This document shows positions 60,015 to 64,000 of a stretch of 64,000 bases of DNA, piece after piece. The notes beneath the pieces were generated by a model. The model was not told the origin of the DNA. It saw only the letters and a list, made by a program, of their open reading frames with translations, and made no database searches. Position numbers and translations under genes: made by a program. Source of the DNA: Patescibacteria group bacterium (lineage in GTDB: Bacteria; Patescibacteriota; Minisyncoccia; 2-02-FULL-40-12; IGHO2-01-FULL-4-A); NCBI GenBank assembly GCA_038064015.1, contig JBBTUB010000023.1, positions 369 to 64,368 on the forward strand. Direction: 5' to 3'. The stretch's first letter is position 1; every line of letters starts with the position of its first letter.

Positions 60015-63000
60015 TCAGAATCTTCTTCTTAAGAGTTTTTCCCGAGTGATGACAGCTCTCCGCTTATCATCCGCACCAGCTACCTCGCTGGTAATCTCAA
60101 ATCCAAATTTTTTGAACAATCCCGGATTACTGCCAACAATCCACGAGGTCGCGGAAACTTCTTTGATGTCCGGATTAGCAGCCACAATTTCCTTTAATTT
60201 TTTGAATCCACCTTTTAGCAATTTTAGCTTCTCAAACATACCGAGATCTGAAGCAGGAGCCAAATGAATATGCATATCGCCCCTATTGATTCCATAGAAA
60301 AAGATTTTATTTACTGCGAAAAGGCCGAATAACTCACCGAATAATTCTCGTTGCATTGGAACGAATACTCCAGGATGTTTTTCGAGCGCAACCGCAATAG
60401 GCCGCAGAATGCTATTGACGCGGGAATTAAACTCGTCCTTTCCGCTTATGGTCTTACATGCTTCCAGTTGACGTGTTAACTCTCTTGAGGTTGTACCCAA
60501 TCCTAAATTACGCAATACACGATCGTTGAGTCCTTTACCCAATAATTTGTTTAAGGAATCAATTCTTTCCGGATTCGAAGAGAACTTATTCATGTAGTTC
60601 TGCAGCTGAGTTTCCATGACTCCTGGGTTCAGATTTATCTCTTCTTTTTTAGATCGATCTCGAATGTATTTTTCTGTCGGAAGCGGGGAACTTTGCCGAC
60701 GGTATCCAAGCTTCCATCTTTTTTCAGTCCTATATACTCGTATGAGATCTGTGATTCGCTGCATGCCTTCAGGTTTCAATTCCAATAAATCCCTCGTAAA
60801 AACATAGTCCTTATCTTTCTTTAGTCCCATAAAGGTCATCGTCCGCTTCATGACCTCCTGAGGGATCGTACTTCCTGAAGGATACAGGTTTTTTAGAAAG
60901 CCGTACAAAATCTCCATCTGTTTCTGGTATTTCTCGAGGAGTTCCGGTTTCGGATCCGCGAATTCGCTGATGCCCACGAGCAATTCATCCAATGATTTAT
61001 TTTTGAGGGCTTGATTCTCAAAATCCGAATATGGGTCAATGTCCCGTGCCACTCCATCGATGAAGCGTCGCGGACTAGAACTCGCACGCAAGCCAGATGG
61101 CTTTGCGGTAAGCGTATTGGGTATCACCACTCCAGGCTCAGGACGCGAAGCGCGCAAAATAGATATCTTTTGTCCGATATCCATATCCTCTCCAATAACT
61201 TTCCCTGCATCGTATCCGCCAATCTTTGCATATACCTCGGCAGTATAAGCGGTATTCCATCCGCCGCTAATGACACGATTCCACACAAAATTTGATTCGG
61301 GATTGATCTCTGGCCGATATCGCATATCCCGCAATAATATCTCCGCCATGTCCCATGCACGTCTGGCAAAAAACATAAGCGCGTTTTTTTGTAAAACCTC
61401 AGGTTGACGGTCTTGGAGACCTCTCAGAACATCAACTGATGGGTCCGCATCAAAATCAGCGATCAATTTTGATACCGTCCGCTTATCAACGCCAAACATA
61501 TCAGCATCTTCGGACTCGATATAGAGCGGACCATCAGCTCTTGTACGTGAGGTAGAGCGCAAAAGCACAGCATCAGTGACATATTTTCTTGCCAAGCCAA
61601 CCCTGGCTTTATCATCCTCAAATGCAATATCAATGACATTGACATGAATGTTGGGATGAGCCGCTTTCCATGCGTTAATGACTTCTACCGTGTCGTCGGG
61701 CGTTTCTGATTGCTTCCGATTGACAATAACGTTGACCTCATAGAGATCGGGATCCACTGCCGCACCACCTTTGCCAACCTGCTTTGAATATTGATCGAGT
61801 AGATTCCCGATACTCTTGGATTCAAAGCGGGCAGGAATATTGATGGCAAGCCGGCACTTCTCATGCATCGGAGCAAGTTTACTGACTATTTCCTGCAATT
61901 CAGTTTTGTATTCTGGTTTTTCTTTGTCCAAATAGCTTGATATAGCTGATCGCTCATCTTCTACGCTTCGAGTGATCTCTGATCCATCCGCATGCCGCAT
62001 CTCAACTTTGCCGTCGCGATCAGATGCTACATACGGTTCTGGCACGATTCCACGAGCCTCAAAATATTTATCGATCTCGCTAGGAGAACCGCCACCATAG
62101 TACAAAAATCCGGTAAGGTCCGGCTTACGTTTTTTTGTCGGCTCTAATGGTGTTCGGGGAATAAGTGGGATAGATACCGGAAGATCAACCTGAGACTCGG
62201 GAGGCGGCGGGTAAAATCCAACATCAACCTCGTCAATGATTTTTGTCTCCGGCACCATGCAAGGAATGCTCGTAATGCCTTCGCCTTCGTAGGTTGCGAG
62301 AATACGCACATGCTCAACGCCATTTCTCTCTCCCATCGACTGGGCGATTTCTGCAAATCGGCCATTATACACGGCCTGACCATTGGCATCTACGGAGAAA
62401 AGTCCCGCTTTCATTGCCTCAGCGCCATCTCCGGAATTTGGATCAATGATCACGTCGCCGTGCGTATCGACGGGAAATTCAAACACTTGATTTTGTGTCT
62501 CGCGGCTCAAAGAAAATAGTGCTTTGAGTGTTCCACCTTCATTAATGAGCTGCGGCGTATCCACCGATTCCGCACCGTGGAATGATCCTCCGGATGTCAT
62601 GCGAGAAACATTGAAAACAAACTTATGATCCGCGGTGAGTCCAGTGTGATTTTCCCCACCCCAAAGCAAACTGCGTTCGTTAAACTTCTCAAAAATGGGC
62701 GCCGGTGTGTCATCGTCGTACCAGAGACGACGTTTGATCGTATGCGTTCCCGCAGGGTTATCGTGCAGATACTCTTCGGGAGATTGGGGCTTTTGAACGT
62801 TCTCAGTAATAATATGCGGGGTATGAGTTGTGTTGACCAAAATTCCCGCATCGGCCAGCGCCTTATCAGTTTCCGGCGGAAGAGAACCGTCAGGATTGAG
62901 TTTGAAATGCGAAGCTATCGCATGACCTCCATCATTTTGAACAAGATTATACGTCCCGTCGGGATTTTGCGTAAATCCGTATCCTTCCGGCACACGGAAT

Positions 63001-64000
63001 TCCACCTGGTGGTTATTGAAATCGAGCGCTTCGTGCATGACGTTATGGACGCCATGCGTGGGTTCGCCATTCCACCATCCTCGCAATGATTTCGCAACCC
63101 ACCCGAGAGGAGTATAGTGCCGTGACCCGTCCGGCCATACTTGCTCGGGCCCCATGATATTCGAACGCACGTGTCCAACGATCGCCGCACCCTCATGAAA
63201 TACTTCCCCTGCAATAAGGCCCGTGATGACCCCGCGCAAAGCCGATCTCCAAGCTTTGCTGTTTTTCATTTTCCTAAATCCTTGGTTCTTTCGTTCCATG
63301 TCGCCATCCCCGGCAATCAGCAAAGCTCGCTCCTGAAATGTAGCATTTTGGATTTCATGGGGAGTACGACCTAAGTTCTGCAATTTTATTTTTGCTTTGG
63401 CAATCGCCTCATCAAGTAATCGCCGCTCTTTATCAACAACTTTCTTATCGGAATACGCAATGAGGTCAATGCTTCTTTGGTCTGAAAGCTGTACCCGAGC
63501 CTCCGCAATGCCGAGTGATCCAAGTATCCGATCAGCATCATCGCCTTCAAGGGCGGCAGAAATCGAGTTCGTAAGTTCAGCAGCGGATTCGGTATGATAT
63601 CGATACTCCTCCATTTCCTTACGAACGGGGGCATTATCAGCATCGAATGTCTTGCCTTGTGCCATTTCACGGGCATGCTGGCGACGTAAGTCTTCAAGAC
63701 GAAGCCGCTCACGCTCCGCCGCTATCGCCCCGGTTACCAGCGCCGATCCCCCAACGGTCAGTGCCATCGTTGCTTTGTTTCGAGCCAATGCCTGGGCTGA
63801 TTTTGTAATGAGTGAGTATGCGGTCGCCACCCCGAGCGCTACCGTACTTTCGTTGACGAGACCAAATGTTTTCTTGTGAATCCAATTGGAAATTTTATCT
63901 ACGGTATTATATTGCGCTTCGGTACGGACACCGCTTTTTGCCTTTCCGACAACGACGTCAAAGTCAAAATCGAGTTCGTCTATGCTCTTGCCTTGATCAA
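60015..64000 (-). CDS. giant multidomain protein (>1328 aa), with its N-terminus beyond the window end: unknown N-region, central GT2-like domain, C-terminal GNAT-like domain
   Basis: The reading frame stays open from 63830 to 64000 with no stop. IESEDADMF (DxD) and GGWNTAYTAEVYAKIGGYDAGKVIGEDMDIGQKI are the GT2 signature. The C-terminal SATSWIVGSNPGLFKKFGFEIT is an acyl-CoA N-acyltransferase-like motif. Confidence 0.6.
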   Translation of the reverse strand, partial: DQGKSIDELDFDFDVVVGKAKSGVRTEAQYNTVDKISNWIHKKTFGLVNESTVALGVATAYSLITKSAQALARNKATMALTVGGSALVTGAIAAERERLRLEDLRRQHAREMAQGKTFDADNAPVRKEMEEYRYHTESAAELTNSISAALEGDDADRILGSLGIAEARVQLSDQRSIDLIAYSDKKVVDKERRLLDEAIAKAKIKLQNLGRTPHEIQNATFQERALLIAGDGDMERKNQGFRKMKNSKAWRSALRGVITGLIAGEVFHEGAAIVGHVRSNIMGPEQVWPDGSRHYTPLGWVAKSLRGWWNGEPTHGVHNVMHEALDFNNHQVEFRVPEGYGFTQNPDGTYNLVQNDGGHAIASHFKLNPDGSLPPETDKALADAGILVNTTHTPHIITENVQKPQSPEEYLHDNPAGTHTIKRRLWYDDDTPAPIFEKFNERSLLWGGENHTGLTADHKFVFNVSRMTSGGSFHGAESVDTPQLINEGGTLKALFSLSRETQNQVFEFPVDTHGDVIIDPNSGDGAEAMKAGLFSVDANGQAVYNGRFAEIAQSMGERNGVEHVRILATYEGEGITSIPCMVPETKIIDEVDVGFYPPPPESQVDLPVSIPLIPRTPLEPTKKRKPDLTGFLYYGGGSPSEIDKYFEARGIVPEPYVASDRDGKVEMRHADGSEITRSVEDERSAISSYLDKEKPEYKTELQEIVSKLAPMHEKCRLAINIPARFESKSIGNLLDQYSKQVGKGGAAVDPDLYEVNVIVNRKQSETPDDTVEVINAWKAAHPNIHVNVIDIAFEDDKARVGLARKYVTDAVLLRSTSRTRADGPLYIESEDADMFGVDKRTVSKLIADFDADPSVDVLRGLQDRQPEVLQKNALMFFARRAWDMAEILLRDMRYRPEINPESNFVWNRVISGGWNTAYTAEVYAKIGGYDAGKVIGEDMDIGQKISILRASRPEPGVVIPNTLTAKPSGLRASSSPRRFIDGVARDIDPYSDFENQALKNKSLDELLVGISEFADPKPELLEKYQKQMEILYGFLKNLYPSGSTIPQEVMKRTMTFMGLKKDKDYVFTRDLLELKPEGMQRITDLIRVYRTEKRWKLGYRRQSSPLPTEKYIRDRSKKEEINLNPGVMETQLQNYMNKFSSNPERIDSLNKLLGKGLNDRVLRNLGLGTTSRELTRQLEACKTISGKDEFNSRVNSILRPIAVALEKHPGVFVPMQRELFGELFGLFAVNKIFFYGINRGDMHIHLAPASDLGMFEKLKLLKGGFKKLKEIVAANPDIKEVSATSWIVGSNPGLFKKFGFEITSEVAGADDKRRAVITREKLLRRRF

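Overview
This 64-kb bacterial chromosomal window is almost entirely coding, with overlapping genes on the minus strand.

Housekeeping content:
- Translation and stress genes: serS, lysS, proS, aspS, greA, frr, rpsT, lon, uvrB, ruvA, holB.
- A rod-shape and cell-wall cluster: mreB-mreC-mreD-PBP2, a second SEDS protein, murG, mraY, a D-Ala-D-Ala carboxypeptidase, a FemAB-GT2-HD operon, an S8 protease and an O-antigen-ligase-like gene.
- A near-complete de novo purine cluster: purL, Q, F, N, D, E, C, M, guaB, purA, guaA, purB. Several non-purine genes are inserted into it.

Host genes mostly lack Shine-Dalgarno sequences. Several look leaderless, with a TATAAT-like -10 a few nt upstream of the ATG. 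No tRNA, rRNA or CRISPR array was found.

The most striking feature is six small G+C-richer, codon-atypical cassettes at about 3.6, 21.0, 32.6, 44.1, 52.0 and 58.7 kb. Each has its own sigma70-like promoter, a strong SD, a short ORF of 41-146 aa and an intrinsic terminator. They are wedged on either strand between or inside otherwise compact host operons, in the manner of phage 'morons'. Three of them share the promoter layout TTGA(C/G)T-N5-ATATAA-like. One carries an (ATG)7 microsatellite that stretches its promoter spacer to 20 nt.

Other notable points:
- A near-perfect CIRCE (HrcA) operator lies 20 nt upstream of lon.
- lon itself is broken by a 1-nt frameshift in a G3 run.
- A heptanucleotide repeat x4 sits inside the O-antigen-ligase-like gene.
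- Paralogous ~50-aa two-TM micro-proteins, translationally coupled by ATGA overlaps, flank ubiB, and a third of the same topology sits between aspS and dacA.
- All three larger aminoacyl-tRNA synthetases are atypical: minimal ProRS with a Zn-ribbon, GAD-less AspRS, LysRS with a C-terminal extra domain.
- A Memo-like/CapA fusion and a 545-aa secreted protein are inserted in the purine cluster.
- An AbiEii-like toxin pair is present.
- A giant protein of more than 1328 aa, with GT2 and GNAT-like domains, runs off the window end beside an APH-like kinase.
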